From: an uncultured Candidatus Saccharibacteria bacterium
Lineage (GTDB): Bacteria; Patescibacteriota; Minisyncoccia; Phycocordibacterales; CAZNKJ01
DNA: 64,000 bases
Direction of reading: 5' to 3'
NCBI GenBank assembly: GCA_964574145.1
Contig: CAZNKJ010000001.1
Span: forward strand, 16,852-80,851
Shown here: positions 10,419 to 20,727 of the stretch, one piece after another
Layout: each line of letters opens with the position of its first letter
Position numbering within the stretch: position 1 is the stretch's first letter
The notes under the pieces: generated by a model
What the model saw: only the letters and a program-made list of their open reading frames with translations
Databases searched by the model: none
What the model was told of the DNA's origin: nothing
Position numbers and translations under genes: made by a program

Positions 10419-10498
10419 GTCTTAGATTTAGTTATGAGTGTAATGTAATGAATATTTCAGATGTTTTTGGACTCTTATTAGGAGTGAAATGAGTATAA

Positions 10499-12421
10499 TT
10501 AATCTATATATACCACGCTTCCACTCTCTTCCCCACTCCACTCTATAGTTTCTGTGTACACATCATCAATGTCGGTGATAAACTCTGACGGGATGTTTAT
10601 TTTCCGTGACCCAAAGATAGTTCTTATAGATGTGTAAGTAAGAAAGAGCTTTTTCTTTGCACGGGTTAAGGCTACATAAAAAAGACGTCGTTCCTCTTCT
10701 TCGTCAATACGCTCCGCTGAAATTTTTTTGTGAGGGAATAAGCCTTCTTCAAGTCCTGTGATAAATACAGTATCAAATTCCAATCCCTTAGACGCATGGA
10801 CTGTCATTAATTTTACAGCGTCTTTTTCTTCTTTTATTTCATCTTGGTCTGTCGCAAGAGCGGCGTCTTCTAAAAGTTTCTCCACTCCTTCTTCAGGGGT
10901 GAGAGTGTCGTATCGCATAGCAAGAGTTACTAATTCATGTATGTTTTCCAGACGTTCTTGTTCGTCACTTGTTCCTTTACGTAAAACTTCTTCCAGCCCA
11001 CTCTTTTTAAGTACAAACAAAATAGTTTTAGATATCGGCTGTGTTTGTGCGCACTCTCGTATTTGAGTCAAAAGATTTTGAAATTCAGCTACATTTTTCT
11101 TGGCTCGTGGTGAAAGGAGGTCTTCTCTGTGGGTAGTTATTTTAAGCAGTGTTACTTTCCCAATACCACGCGGAGGAACATTTACTATACGTTTTATGTC
11201 ACTTAGACTTTCTGGGTTAATGGCGACGCGTATAAAGGAGAGAATGTCTTTCACTTCTTTACGTTCAAAAAAACGGACACCCAATACTTGGTATGGGACC
11301 TCGTTTGCTAGAAAGGCTTCTTCAAGTGCGCGTGATTGAAAATTTGCTCTATACAAAACAGTAATGTCTTTTGCAGAGGTACCAGCGCTGATTTCTTTCA
11401 AAGATTGTTTTGCTATAAAAATAGCTTCTGCGTTTTCATCGTAAACAGATACCAAGGCAACTTTCTCCCCTTTTGGGTTGTCGGTAAATAATTTTTTCTC
11501 TTTCCTCTGTTTATTTTTTTGTATAATAGTATTTGAAACTTCCAATATTGTTTTGGTGGATCTATAATTTTGTTCTAAAAGAAGAGTTGTCGTTTTTGGA
11601 TATTTTTTTTCAAACGCAAGGATATTGTCAATATTGGCTCCCCGCCAGCTGTATATATTTTGATCTATATCTCCAACAACACAAATATTATTTTTAGGTG
11701 CTGTAAGAGTATGTGCTATACGGCATTGTACCAAGTTTGTGTCTTGGTACTCATCGATATGAATATATTGCCATAGACTTCTATAGTGGTTTCGAATATT
11801 CTCATTTTTAATAAGCAGATTCAATGTTTTTAGAAGAAGGTCGTCAAAATCAAGAGCTTTTTCGTTAAATAAGATTTTTTCATATTCTTTCCATACTGAA
11901 ATAATTGTACGGGGGTAAAAACCACTATTATTTTTTTCATATGATTCTAATGTTAAAGCGTTCCCCTTAGCTCGTGAAATAGAGCTTAATATTTTACGTG
12001 GCTCAAACTGTTTAGGGTCTACCCCAACAATTTTTGTTGCTTCTTTTATTGCGCGGATAGAGTCATTTCGATCAAAGATCGTAAATGAGCGTGGGAGTCC
12101 CAGAATCTGCGAATTAGACCTGAGGATTTGTACACCCAATGCGTGGAAAGTTGAAATGAAAGGAACCCCTCTTCTTTTTTCAATATTTTCATGGGAGTTT
12201 CTTGACTGGAGTAGTTCTAATACTCTTCCACGCATTTCTTTTGCCGCTTTGTTTGTAAAAGTGACAGCCAGAATGTTTTCTGGAGATACACCATTGTGGA
12301 CAAGATTCAGGATTCTGTGTGTGATAACTCTGGTTTTTCCAGCACCAGCACCAGCTAAGATTAGAAGAGGTCCGTTTCTATGCAAAACAGCCTTTTTTTG
12401 TTCCTCGTTAAGGTTTTTCAT
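10499..12421 (-). CDS. pcrA: ATP-dependent DNA helicase PcrA/UvrD
   Basis: LNEEQKKAV, AGAGAGKT, TFTNKAA, IDEYQDTN, VGDIDQNIYSWRGA, MTVHASKGLEF, EEERRLFYVALTRA. Start moved to the ATG at 12421. Confidence 0.95.
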   Translation of the reverse strand: MKNLNEEQKKAVLHRNGPLLILAGAGAGKTRVITHRILNLVHNGVSPENILAVTFTNKAAKEMRGRVLELLQSRNSHENIEKRRGVPFISTFHALGVQILRSNSQILGLPRSFTIFDRNDSIRAIKEATKIVGVDPKQFEPRKILSSISRAKGNALTLESYEKNNSGFYPRTIISVWKEYEKILFNEKALDFDDLLLKTLNLLIKNENIRNHYRSLWQYIHIDEYQDTNLVQCRIAHTLTAPKNNICVVGDIDQNIYSWRGANIDNILAFEKKYPKTTTLLLEQNYRSTKTILEVSNTIIQKNKQRKEKKLFTDNPKGEKVALVSVYDENAEAIFIAKQSLKEISAGTSAKDITVLYRANFQSRALEEAFLANEVPYQVLGVRFFERKEVKDILSFIRVAINPESLSDIKRIVNVPPRGIGKVTLLKITTHREDLLSPRAKKNVAEFQNLLTQIRECAQTQPISKTILFVLKKSGLEEVLRKGTSDEQERLENIHELVTLAMRYDTLTPEEGVEKLLEDAALATDQDEIKEEKDAVKLMTVHASKGLEFDTVFITGLEEGLFPHKKISAERIDEEEERRLFYVALTRAKKKLFLTYTSIRTIFGSRKINIPSEFITDIDDVYTETIEWSGEESGSVVYID

Positions 12422-12551
12422 GTTTAATATAGAGACATCATACCATGTCACTTTTTTAAATTATTTTTATTAAAAAATATAGTTTTTACCGCCTTGTTAA
12501 GCCATTTAAGCGGAACTCAATTGTTGTCCACTTAGGGCTATTTTCTTGTTC

Positions 12552-12579
12552 TTGACTTCTTCGCTCTCATCGGTAGAGT
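12552..12579 (+). promoter_or_regulatory. Candidate sigma70 promoter for the LysM/M23 gene
   Basis: TTGACT-N16-TAGAGT. Confidence 0.45.
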
Positions 12580-12756
12580 AGGTAGCATATTACAGAGATA
12601 CAGAGCAGTAGATAGTCCTCCTTTAGGAGGCTTCAGAGTGACTCATTCCTTTAATTAACGATTTGACTTATTTTACCAAGTGAACAAGATTCTGACCCTT
12701 CATATAAGAAATTTCTCGGTCGGAAAAGCATACAAGCCACAAGTCGGCGATATTTA

Positions 12757-13764
12757 TTGAGCTTAGTTTTATTGAGCTTCTTTTTTGTATTTCCTGTGTC
12801 CGCTAATGCAAATATTTTTTCATACATATCTTCTTTTTTGTTTCCCAAAGATCAAGCGGCTCAAACAAACACCGCAGCTTCTTTAAATTCTCAAACTATT
12901 CCGCTTTTGCGCGCCGCTCTAAATATTGACCCAAATCCATCAAAAGGAGGAGGGGGTATCCTAATTGTAGGAGGAGTTTCTCTTTTATCAGAGACAGGTC
13001 CTTCAGGTACTATTGCTGATATTGAAGAAAGTCCTGCAACTTCAGACCAAATAAGTGTTTATGTTGTTCGTGAAGGAGATACTCTGTCTCAGATTGCGAG
13101 TATGTTTGGAGTTTCTGTAAATACCATAAGATGGGCAAATAATATTCGTTCTTCAAAAAGTATTCATGAAGGACAAACTCTTGTGATTCTTCCTATTTCT
13201 GGTGTTAGACATACTGTGGTAAAGGGAGACACTCTAAAGAGTATTACAAAAAAATATGATGGAGATTTAGGTGATGTGCTGAGTTATAACAATCTTACTA
13301 AAGATTCCCCGCTTGTAATTGGAAATATTGTAGTAATACCAAACGGAGAAGTTCCTGCACCAAAAGGTTCTATATATAAAAAGAAAAGGACTTCCCGCAT
13401 TGTTTCTAATGGTCCATTATATAAAGGTTATTACATAAGGCCTGTTAAGGGGGTTCGCACACAGGGGATCCATGGATATAATGCTGTTGATATGGGGGCA
13501 CCAAAAGGTACGCCAATCGTTGCTTCTGCTTCGGGTAAGGTTATCGTGAGCAGAAATGCTGGGTGGAATGGTGGATATGGAATTTATATTGTAATCAAAC
13601 ACAGCAATGGTACTCAGACACTTTATGCGCATAATAGCCGTAATATTGTATATACGGGAAATTCAGTGATCCAAGGACAAGTGATTGGATACATTGGCTC
13701 AACAGGACGTTCAACAGGACCTCATGTTCATTTTGAAGTCAGGGGCGCACGCAATCCATTCTAG
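12757..13764 (+). CDS. LysM-repeat M23 peptidoglycan endopeptidase
   Basis: Two LysM domains (YVVREGDTLSQIA; HTVVKGDTLKSI) and an M23 domain (HGYNAVD, YAH, STGPHVHFEV). Start codon uncertain. Confidence 0.9.
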   Translation: MSLVLLSFFFVFPVSANANIFSYISSFLFPKDQAAQTNTAASLNSQTIPLLRAALNIDPNPSKGGGGILIVGGVSLLSETGPSGTIADIEESPATSDQISVYVVREGDTLSQIASMFGVSVNTIRWANNIRSSKSIHEGQTLVILPISGVRHTVVKGDTLKSITKKYDGDLGDVLSYNNLTKDSPLVIGNIVVIPNGEVPAPKGSIYKKKRTSRIVSNGPLYKGYYIRPVKGVRTQGIHGYNAVDMGAPKGTPIVASASGKVIVSRNAGWNGGYGIYIVIKHSNGTQTLYAHNSRNIVYTGNSVIQGQVIGYIGSTGRSTGPHVHFEVRGARNPF

Positions 13765-13888
13765 TGAGTAGTTTTTATTTTAATAAATAATCTGAAAGCC
13801 AGGTCTTTTATAAACTGAAAAGAGTTTATTTTAAGAAAAGTAATATAAAACATAATTTCCACATTTCATCAAAAATGATATGTGGTTT

Positions 13889-15442
13889 TCACATCACTTG
13901 GTTATTTTTTGGGCGATACTGCAGGGCTTCAAGCATATGGTCCGTTTCAATAGAATCTTTTTCACTTAAGTCTGCAATAGTTCGCGCAAGCTTAATGACT
14001 CTATGATAAGCGCGAGGAGACAGATCAAGTTTAGTTGCTGCTTGGTTAAGTAGCTCGCGAACCTGTCTATTTAAGATAATAAAATTATCTATATTTTTAA
14101 TTCCCAGTTCACTATTTGTGTTGATGTCTTTATTTAAATCTGTAAAACGTTTTTGTTGTAAAGCACGGGCTTTTACAACCTGATTTGCCATTTTAAAAGA
14201 CTCTCCTTTTGTTTTTTCCTCAGAAAGTTTTTTATAGTCAATAAGTGAAACTTCAATCCACATATCTATGCGGTCTACTATTGGCCCAGATATTTTTTTT
14301 CTGTAGCGTTCAAGTGAAAGAGGTGAGCAGTTGCATTGTTTGTTGCTACCAAAATTACCGCAAGGACATGGGTTTAGAGCAGCTATTAGAATAAAATTAG
14401 CGGGAAAGTGAGCTGTCCCTTTTGATCGAGCTATTGTTATAGATCTTTCTTCTAATGGCTCGCGTAGAGATTCAATCACCCTTCTGTCAAATTCTGGAAA
14501 TTCATCAAGAAAAAGAACTCCACGATGTGCCAGAGTGACCTCTCCTGGGCGTGGTACAGTACCTCCTCCTACTATTGATACGTATGAAGACGTGTGATGG
14601 GGTGATCTAAAAGGAGGAGATGTTACGAGGTTGTTTTCTAATGCTCCGGCAATAGAGTGGATACCTGTGGTTTCAAGTACAGCTTCTAGATTAAGGGGTG
14701 GAAGAATTGATGTAAAAGCGCGTGCAAGCATTGTCTTTCCAGTACCAGGAGGTCCATAAAGGGCGATATTATGGCCGCCAGATGCGGCAATCAGAAGACC
14801 CCTTTTTGCAGTTTCTTGCCCTCTAATATCATCCATTTCAACAGAGTAAGGTGGAGTAATATAGGATATTTTTGTTTTCTTATGTGGAGAAAGTATCTTT
14901 TGTACACCTTCCCCATCTTTCTTTTTTAGATTTAAATGATCAATAAGTTCACGAAGTGTCTGTACTCCGTAAACTTTGATCCCTTTGACAAGAGATCCTT
15001 CCTTTGCATTTTTAAAAGGTAGGAATATTTCCTTGAACCCATTCTTCTTCGCATTTAAGACAAGCGGTAAAATCCCACGAATAGGTTGTAATTCTCCATC
15101 AAGAGAAAGCTCCCCAAGGAATATCTTTTTTTCTGGATCAAAGGTTATATCTCCAGTAGCAAGTAGATAAGCAAGAGCTATTCCAACGTCAAAAATCGGA
15201 CCTTCTTTTTTAAGATTAGCGGGAGCCAGAGAGATGACTACTTTTTGATTTTTACTTTTAGGAGAATCATAACCTGTATTTTTTATTGCAGCCGAAACGC
15301 GATCTTTAGATTCCTCAACAGCTTTATCAGGAAGACCTACAAGTGAAAAAGCGTGGAGTCCTCGCGAGAGGTCAATTTCTATAGAAATGGTTTGAGCTTT
15401 AAGAATGGAAGTCTGCGCACTGTATACTTTTGCAAAGCTCAT
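13889..15442 (-). CDS. comM: ComM/YifB Mg-chelatase-like AAA+ helicase
   Basis: LVGLPDKAVEES, GPPGTGKT, PFRSPHH, PGEVTLAHRGVLFLDEFPEF, NPCPCG. Confidence 0.93.
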   Translation of the reverse strand: MSFAKVYSAQTSILKAQTISIEIDLSRGLHAFSLVGLPDKAVEESKDRVSAAIKNTGYDSPKSKNQKVVISLAPANLKKEGPIFDVGIALAYLLATGDITFDPEKKIFLGELSLDGELQPIRGILPLVLNAKKNGFKEIFLPFKNAKEGSLVKGIKVYGVQTLRELIDHLNLKKKDGEGVQKILSPHKKTKISYITPPYSVEMDDIRGQETAKRGLLIAASGGHNIALYGPPGTGKTMLARAFTSILPPLNLEAVLETTGIHSIAGALENNLVTSPPFRSPHHTSSYVSIVGGGTVPRPGEVTLAHRGVLFLDEFPEFDRRVIESLREPLEERSITIARSKGTAHFPANFILIAALNPCPCGNFGSNKQCNCSPLSLERYRKKISGPIVDRIDMWIEVSLIDYKKLSEEKTKGESFKMANQVVKARALQQKRFTDLNKDINTNSELGIKNIDNFIILNRQVRELLNQAATKLDLSPRAYHRVIKLARTIADLSEKDSIETDHMLEALQYRPKNNQVM

Positions 15443-15463
15443 TTGTAAATTTTGTACGCTACT

Positions 15464-15838
15464 TTATTCTTCTTTGTGTGTTATGCAGGTGTTTGCTGCG
15501 GGATTTGCGAAAAGACGTTCTTTTTCTATGGGTTTATTGTCAATTTTACATACCCCATATGTTCCCATTTCTATACGGGAAAGAGCTTTTTCTACCTCAT
15601 TAAAACGTATCTCGAGCTCCTTTAAAGTAGCTGTGTTTTCTTCAAAAGCCTCAATACGATCAGCTGATTCATTACTGTCTGCTTTTTGAGTATCCATTTT
15701 CTCAGGAACAGGTTCCCAATCTGCTGGATTGGTAGGATTTCGTTGGCCAATACGAGATAACTCCTCGTCAAGAATCTTTCTTTCTGTTTTTAATTTAGAA
15801 CGTAATTCGTTAAGTTCTTCTGATGATATGTGTGTCAT
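15464..15838 (-). CDS. DksA/TraR-family protein
   Basis: Coiled coil with DSNESAD tip; ALSRIEMGTYGVCKID...IEKERLFANPAANTC. Confidence 0.85.
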   Translation of the reverse strand: MTHISSEELNELRSKLKTERKILDEELSRIGQRNPTNPADWEPVPEKMDTQKADSNESADRIEAFEENTATLKELEIRFNEVEKALSRIEMGTYGVCKIDNKPIEKERLFANPAANTCITHKEE

Positions 15839-15872
15839 AGTTCTAGTTTAGCAGACTGCTTACTTGTAGTCA

Positions 15873-17219
15873 CTATCGCGATACACGTTTGGCACTCATG
15901 CGTTCAAATATTTCAATCAAGGCTTCTTTACTTGTTGTGATTATGAGAGTTTTTTTGTCTACAAATGAATAAAGGAGAATTATTTCTCCTAGAGAGTTAT
16001 AAAGAATTCTAGTGTCTTTATTTTCAATAATTTTGTCTTGAAAATTTGATCGTGATATACGAGGAGAGTCATCCTTATTTTTTATAATTGAGATTCTAGA
16101 AAGAGGAGATATAAACAGAGGAGAGAGGTCTTTAGCTATGTACTCTTCCCACACTAGCATGTCAGCAAAAACGTTTTCAAAGAAAGTTGGTTTGAGAATT
16201 AAAAAAATCTCCACACGATTTTTTTTGTAAAATCCGAGCATGTATTTGTCACTAAAAGATCGAGAAAGAGATTTAGGTGCATGAGTTCCAATCCGTAAAA
16301 GAAGATCCGATACAGTGAGGTTTGCATCTTCGGACTCCCCAACTTTTAATTGTAAATTAGTAATTGAGTCTGTTGGTATGGAAGTTTTGTTTTTTTTATT
16401 TATGATAGCCTTCTGGAAGTCTTTACCATAAAGCTTCTTTATAGATAGGTCTATATTTTTTTCAGCAAATACGAGGGTACTGATTTCAAGAAAAGGAGGC
16501 TTCTCTTTTTCGGAGAACAAGAAAATATATGCTCCATAAAGAACACCAGAACCTACAACAATAAAGAAGAAACTCAACAGAAGTATTTTTAGTGCAGAAT
16601 GTTTATTATGAGAATTAGAAATTTCTACTGGGCGAAGATTTGTTTCGTCCTCACGCCGTTGCTTAAGTAATTGTTCTGCGCTTTTTGTCTCACCTTCTTT
16701 CTTTTTTGGCGGTATTATATCTGCGTATTTAGGATTTTTTTTAATTGGTTTGAGAGGGTTTTCTTTTGTCCTTGTAATAAATGGTTTTTTAAACTTAGAA
16801 GATGCTTGCAACAGATTGTCTTGTACACGTTTTTTTTCTTTTTGTATACGAGCTTCTTCTGTTAAGTTTTTGTTATCTTCCGTTAGGCGCTTTTTTGTAC
16901 GTTCCGTTTCTTTTTGTTTAATTGAAATTTTAGATCCGCCAGATTTTCGAAGAGCTTCAGCAATGTCATCTTTGTAGGTACGTAAGGGGCGTAATATATT
17001 CCATTGGTTTTTTGCCTTTTGAACAGTAGGTGCTGTTTTGTCAGATTTTTGTGTCACAGATAAGCCACCGCGCATGAGTTCTTTTTTTATTTCATCGGCA
17101 TTTGGAATTTTGCTTGGTTTTTCTTTAAATTTAGGAACAAAAGAAACTCCGCCGACAGCACCTTGAGTGGGGGTATTTTTTTGCGGTATTTTTTTGGGTT
17201 GTATATTACGTTCTTCCAT
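15873..17219 (-). CDS. Hypothetical single-pass membrane protein
   Basis: 448 aa; Lys-rich N-terminus with LRTYKDD, one TM helix, C-terminal domain FADMLVWE...FQDKIIENKDTR. Confidence 0.75.
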   Translation of the reverse strand: MEERNIQPKKIPQKNTPTQGAVGGVSFVPKFKEKPSKIPNADEIKKELMRGGLSVTQKSDKTAPTVQKAKNQWNILRPLRTYKDDIAEALRKSGGSKISIKQKETERTKKRLTEDNKNLTEEARIQKEKKRVQDNLLQASSKFKKPFITRTKENPLKPIKKNPKYADIIPPKKKEGETKSAEQLLKQRREDETNLRPVEISNSHNKHSALKILLLSFFFIVVGSGVLYGAYIFLFSEKEKPPFLEISTLVFAEKNIDLSIKKLYGKDFQKAIINKKNKTSIPTDSITNLQLKVGESEDANLTVSDLLLRIGTHAPKSLSRSFSDKYMLGFYKKNRVEIFLILKPTFFENVFADMLVWEEYIAKDLSPLFISPLSRISIIKNKDDSPRISRSNFQDKIIENKDTRILYNSLGEIILLYSFVDKKTLIITTSKEALIEIFERMSAKRVSR

Positions 17220-17251
17220 TTTTTGTTTACTTTGTGCTAAATACTAGTTTC

Positions 17252-19396
17252 TTAATCCAAGGTCTTTTTGTTTGTTGCAAAATCTGGATCAATTTTTTTA
17301 ATAGAAAGATTTATTCTCTTTTTTTCATCAATTTCTTTTATTACAACTGGCACCTTTTCTCCAACAGAAAGAACGTCGGACACATTTTCAATTCGGGAAG
17401 GAGCAATTTCAGAAATGTGAACTAGCCCTTCTGTTCCTTCTCCTATTTTCACAAATGCTCCAAAATCAAGTATGCGAGTTACTTCCCCTTCAAATTTTTC
17501 TCCAGCAGAATATTCCCTGGTCATTTCGCTGATAGCTTGTTCTGCTGCTTTTGCGGTACCATTTTTGCCTGTTATATAGACAGTGCCGTCATCTTCAATA
17601 GTAATATCATCTACAGCGGTATTGTCGCGTATCTTATTTATAGTTTTTCCACCAGGCCCAATAACAAGACCTATTTGTTCAGGTTTGATGGTAAGTGTGA
17701 TAATTTGTGGAGCACGGGGTGAAATATTTTCTCGGGGAGCGCTTATTTCATTTTCCATTATATCAAGAATGTGTTCCCGTGCTTTTTTTGCATCTACAAG
17801 CGCTTTTCTAAGAATTGAAATAGGAATTCCGTCAACTTTGACGTCCATTTGAATTGCGGTAACTCCGTTTCGAGTACCTGCTACTTTAAAATCCATGTCA
17901 CCATAGTGGTCTTCAGGGCCTTGGATATCAGTAAGGATTTTGTATTTTAGTATGGAGTCTTCTTTTTCTTGCTCCAACATCATAAGTCCCATAGCGATAC
18001 CTGCAACAGAGGCTTTTAAAGGCACTCCACCGTCTAGAAGGGCTAATGTTGATGCACAAACAGAGGCCATAGACGTAGATCCATTCGAGGCCATACTTTC
18101 AGAAACTACCCGTACTGTATAGGGGAAATCCTCTTTTAAAGGCATTACTGCTTCAAGCGCTTTTTCTGCAAGAGCTCCATGACCTATCATGCGACGATTG
18201 AAACCGCCAACACGTCCTGTTTCTCCAACAGAAAAAGGCGGGAAATTATAATGATGTATAAATCGTTTTTGACCATCCTGTTTCTCCATACTATTGATGA
18301 GTTGAGCGTCTTCTGGTCCGCCGAGGGTAAGGGCTGAAAAGACATGTGTTCCTCCTCGGTAGAAAATACCAGAACCATGAAGCGCTGGAGAAATATTACC
18401 TGCTTGCGCTTGGAGCTTCCGGACCTCCTCCATTGCTCGCTTGTCTGGTCGGAGATTGTTGTTTATTGCTTCAGTGTGTAGGATTTCGTCAATTTTATCT
18501 TCATAATAATCATCTGCAAACGAAGAATTTTCTTCAGGTAAAATCTCTTTATACAATTTCAACCACTCACTTTTAAGTGTATTAATACCAGCCTTTCCAG
18601 CAGTTCCAGAAAAAACAGTGTTAAAGAGCCTAGGCTCGATGTGTTTAGCGAAGAGAGGCTTCATTTCTTCTGGAGAAGTAGGGATAGTTATAGTGCGTTT
18701 TTCTTTTCCAATTTCTTTTCCAATTATTTCTTGAAATTCTTGCAGACGTTCAATTTCTTTTGAAGCTTTCTCAAAGACTTCTCCAAGCACATCTTCACAG
18801 ATCTCTTTTGCGCCCACCTCAATCATGTTGATGTTTTTATTTTTACCGCAAAGGATAGAATCCAGAATGGTATCAGTGTCATCACGGTTTTTATAACTTG
18901 GGTTGATAAAGAGTAAGTCACTTCCTTTTTTCTTTCCAATACGGACTGCGCTTGCTGGTCCACCCCAAGGAATATCTGACGTTAGGATTGCAAGTGAAGC
19001 GGCGTTTACTGCTAGAACGTCTGGATCGTATTCGCCCAAGGAAAGGACTGTGACAACAACCTGAACTTCATTACGTATTGAGTGGTTAAATAGAGGTCGT
19101 ATGGTTCTGTCTATTACACGACCGGAAAGTACTGCTTCGTCTGAAGGCCTACCTTCTCTGCGAGAAAACCGACTGCCTAAAATGGCTCCAGTTGCATAGA
19201 ATTTCTCTTCGTAGTCTACAGAGAGGGGGAAATAAGAAAGACCTTCTCGCACAGAGTCTGACATTACTGCTGTTGCTAAGACGGTAGTGTCGCCACAGCG
19301 GAGTATTACAGATCCGTGTGCCTGATCTGCAAGGTCGGTAAATTGGGCGGTGAGGGTTTTTCCTCCAATCTCAATTGAGTATTCTTTTTTCTGCAT
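17252..19396 (-). CDS. pnp: Polyribonucleotide nucleotidyltransferase (PNPase)
   Basis: FPLSVDYEEK, HYNFPPFSVGE, SNGSTSMASVC, EDHYGDMDFKVAG; KH and S1 domains. Confidence 0.97.
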   Translation of the reverse strand: MQKKEYSIEIGGKTLTAQFTDLADQAHGSVILRCGDTTVLATAVMSDSVREGLSYFPLSVDYEEKFYATGAILGSRFSRREGRPSDEAVLSGRVIDRTIRPLFNHSIRNEVQVVVTVLSLGEYDPDVLAVNAASLAILTSDIPWGGPASAVRIGKKKGSDLLFINPSYKNRDDTDTILDSILCGKNKNINMIEVGAKEICEDVLGEVFEKASKEIERLQEFQEIIGKEIGKEKRTITIPTSPEEMKPLFAKHIEPRLFNTVFSGTAGKAGINTLKSEWLKLYKEILPEENSSFADDYYEDKIDEILHTEAINNNLRPDKRAMEEVRKLQAQAGNISPALHGSGIFYRGGTHVFSALTLGGPEDAQLINSMEKQDGQKRFIHHYNFPPFSVGETGRVGGFNRRMIGHGALAEKALEAVMPLKEDFPYTVRVVSESMASNGSTSMASVCASTLALLDGGVPLKASVAGIAMGLMMLEQEKEDSILKYKILTDIQGPEDHYGDMDFKVAGTRNGVTAIQMDVKVDGIPISILRKALVDAKKAREHILDIMENEISAPRENISPRAPQIITLTIKPEQIGLVIGPGGKTINKIRDNTAVDDITIEDDGTVYITGKNGTAKAAEQAISEMTREYSAGEKFEGEVTRILDFGAFVKIGEGTEGLVHISEIAPSRIENVSDVLSVGEKVPVVIKEIDEKKRINLSIKKIDPDFATNKKTLD

Positions 19397-19548
19397 GACA
19401 AGATATTTGATCTTCAGATTTTAGGCTTGAAAGAAATTTTCAATCCTACATATCCAAAGATCAGTATATTACTAAGTAATATACATAGTTTATATCAAGG
19501 AAATGGAAAAGGAAACCATCTATCGCTCTATTTTCAAACGAGAATAAA

Positions 19549-20094
19549 TTATTCGGAGTCTTTTGAGGAAAATACTTTACGCAGAGATTTATTTCCTATT
19601 AAAAATTTCTTAGGGTCATCACACATATCAATAAAATCATCAGTAACTTCTCGCAGTTTCCCAGAAGAAGATCTTCCAAATGATATTACCTCTACTTGGC
19701 ATCCGTGCATTTTAAGATATTCAACAAGTGGTATAAAATCTCCGTCACCAGTAGCTAGTACTACCACATCAAGCTTATCAGATAGTTTTATAGCATCTAC
19801 AGCAATTCCAACATCCCAGTCTGCTTTTTTTGATCCCCCATAGAAAATTTGGAGATCTTTTGTTTTGGTTTCAATATTAAGTTTATTGAGAGCCTCAAAG
19901 AAGGTTTGTTCTTCCCCAGATTCTGTAGACGCAACGTATGCGATTGCGCGAACCAGTTGACGATTGCCAAGCGCCGCCTCAACTATTTTTCCAAAGTTTG
20001 CCTTTGCTTTATAAAGATTTTTTGCACTATGATATATATTTTGTGTATCTATAAAAATACCAACACGTTGATTGGGTTGTTTAATAACAGCCAT
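19549..20094 (-). CDS. NYN-domain (LabA/DUF88) protein
   Basis: IFIDTQN, KADWDVGIAVD, TGDGDFIPLV. Confidence 0.9.
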   Translation of the reverse strand: MAVIKQPNQRVGIFIDTQNIYHSAKNLYKAKANFGKIVEAALGNRQLVRAIAYVASTESGEEQTFFEALNKLNIETKTKDLQIFYGGSKKADWDVGIAVDAIKLSDKLDVVVLATGDGDFIPLVEYLKMHGCQVEVISFGRSSSGKLREVTDDFIDMCDDPKKFLIGNKSLRKVFSSKDSE

Positions 20095-20280
20095 AAAAAG
20101 TAATAGGGTCTATTTAAAGTTGGTGTTGTGTTTGCTTTTACACCGAAACTAAAGATCCCAGTTAAATAAATTAAATGTATAAAATTCCCTATTTACAGTA
20201 TACCACGCGAGAGAAATGTATCTGTGTGGGATTGGTGTGAACAATATATAATTTTGAAATAGAAAGTTAGGCTTTAGCTC

Positions 20281-20547
20281 TTACTTTTTCAATTCCAATT
20301 TTTTAACAAGCGTATTATATCGACGCTTGTTTTTTTTCTCCAAATATTTCAAATGTGTTCGGCGGTCTGCGACCATTTGTAAAAGACCGCGGCGAGAATG
20401 CCGATCTTTGTGGTTTTTTTTCAAATGAGCTGCAAGTTCATTGATACGTTTGGTCAGGATTGACACCTGCACTTCCGGAGACCCTGTATCAGTTTCATGA
20501 ATTTGAGTTTCTCGGACTGAATTTTGCTTCTTTCGCTTGGTTAACAT
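20281..20547 (-). CDS. rpsO: 30S ribosomal protein S15
   Basis: DTGSPEVQVSILT...HKDRHSRRGLLQMV. Confidence 0.97.
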   Translation of the reverse strand: MLTKRKKQNSVRETQIHETDTGSPEVQVSILTKRINELAAHLKKNHKDRHSRRGLLQMVADRRTHLKYLEKKNKRRYNTLVKKLELKK

Positions 20548-20660
20548 AACAGGACAAGCTTACCACACATTTGTTAAATACACAAGTGCTATTATTTCAC
20601 CAATTTTAGCCATATTTATATGTTAGCTAACGTTCCAGGTTTATTAGTTGATTTACTTAT

Positions 20661-20707
20661 ATAAAAACCCCCTAGCGATGCGATATCGCTAAGAGGGTTT
20701 ATTTTAT
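20661..20707 (-). terminator. Intrinsic terminator-like hairpin downstream of the orphan membrane gene
   Basis: AAACCCCCTAGCGAT...ATCGCTAAGAGGGTTT imperfect stem with A/T tracts. Confidence 0.55.
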
Positions 20708-20727
20708 AGCAGGAGAATACACAACTG

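Noticed and set aside
19427-19843. 138-aa plus-strand ORF
   Set aside because: Largely antisense to the NYN-domain gene; no motifs.
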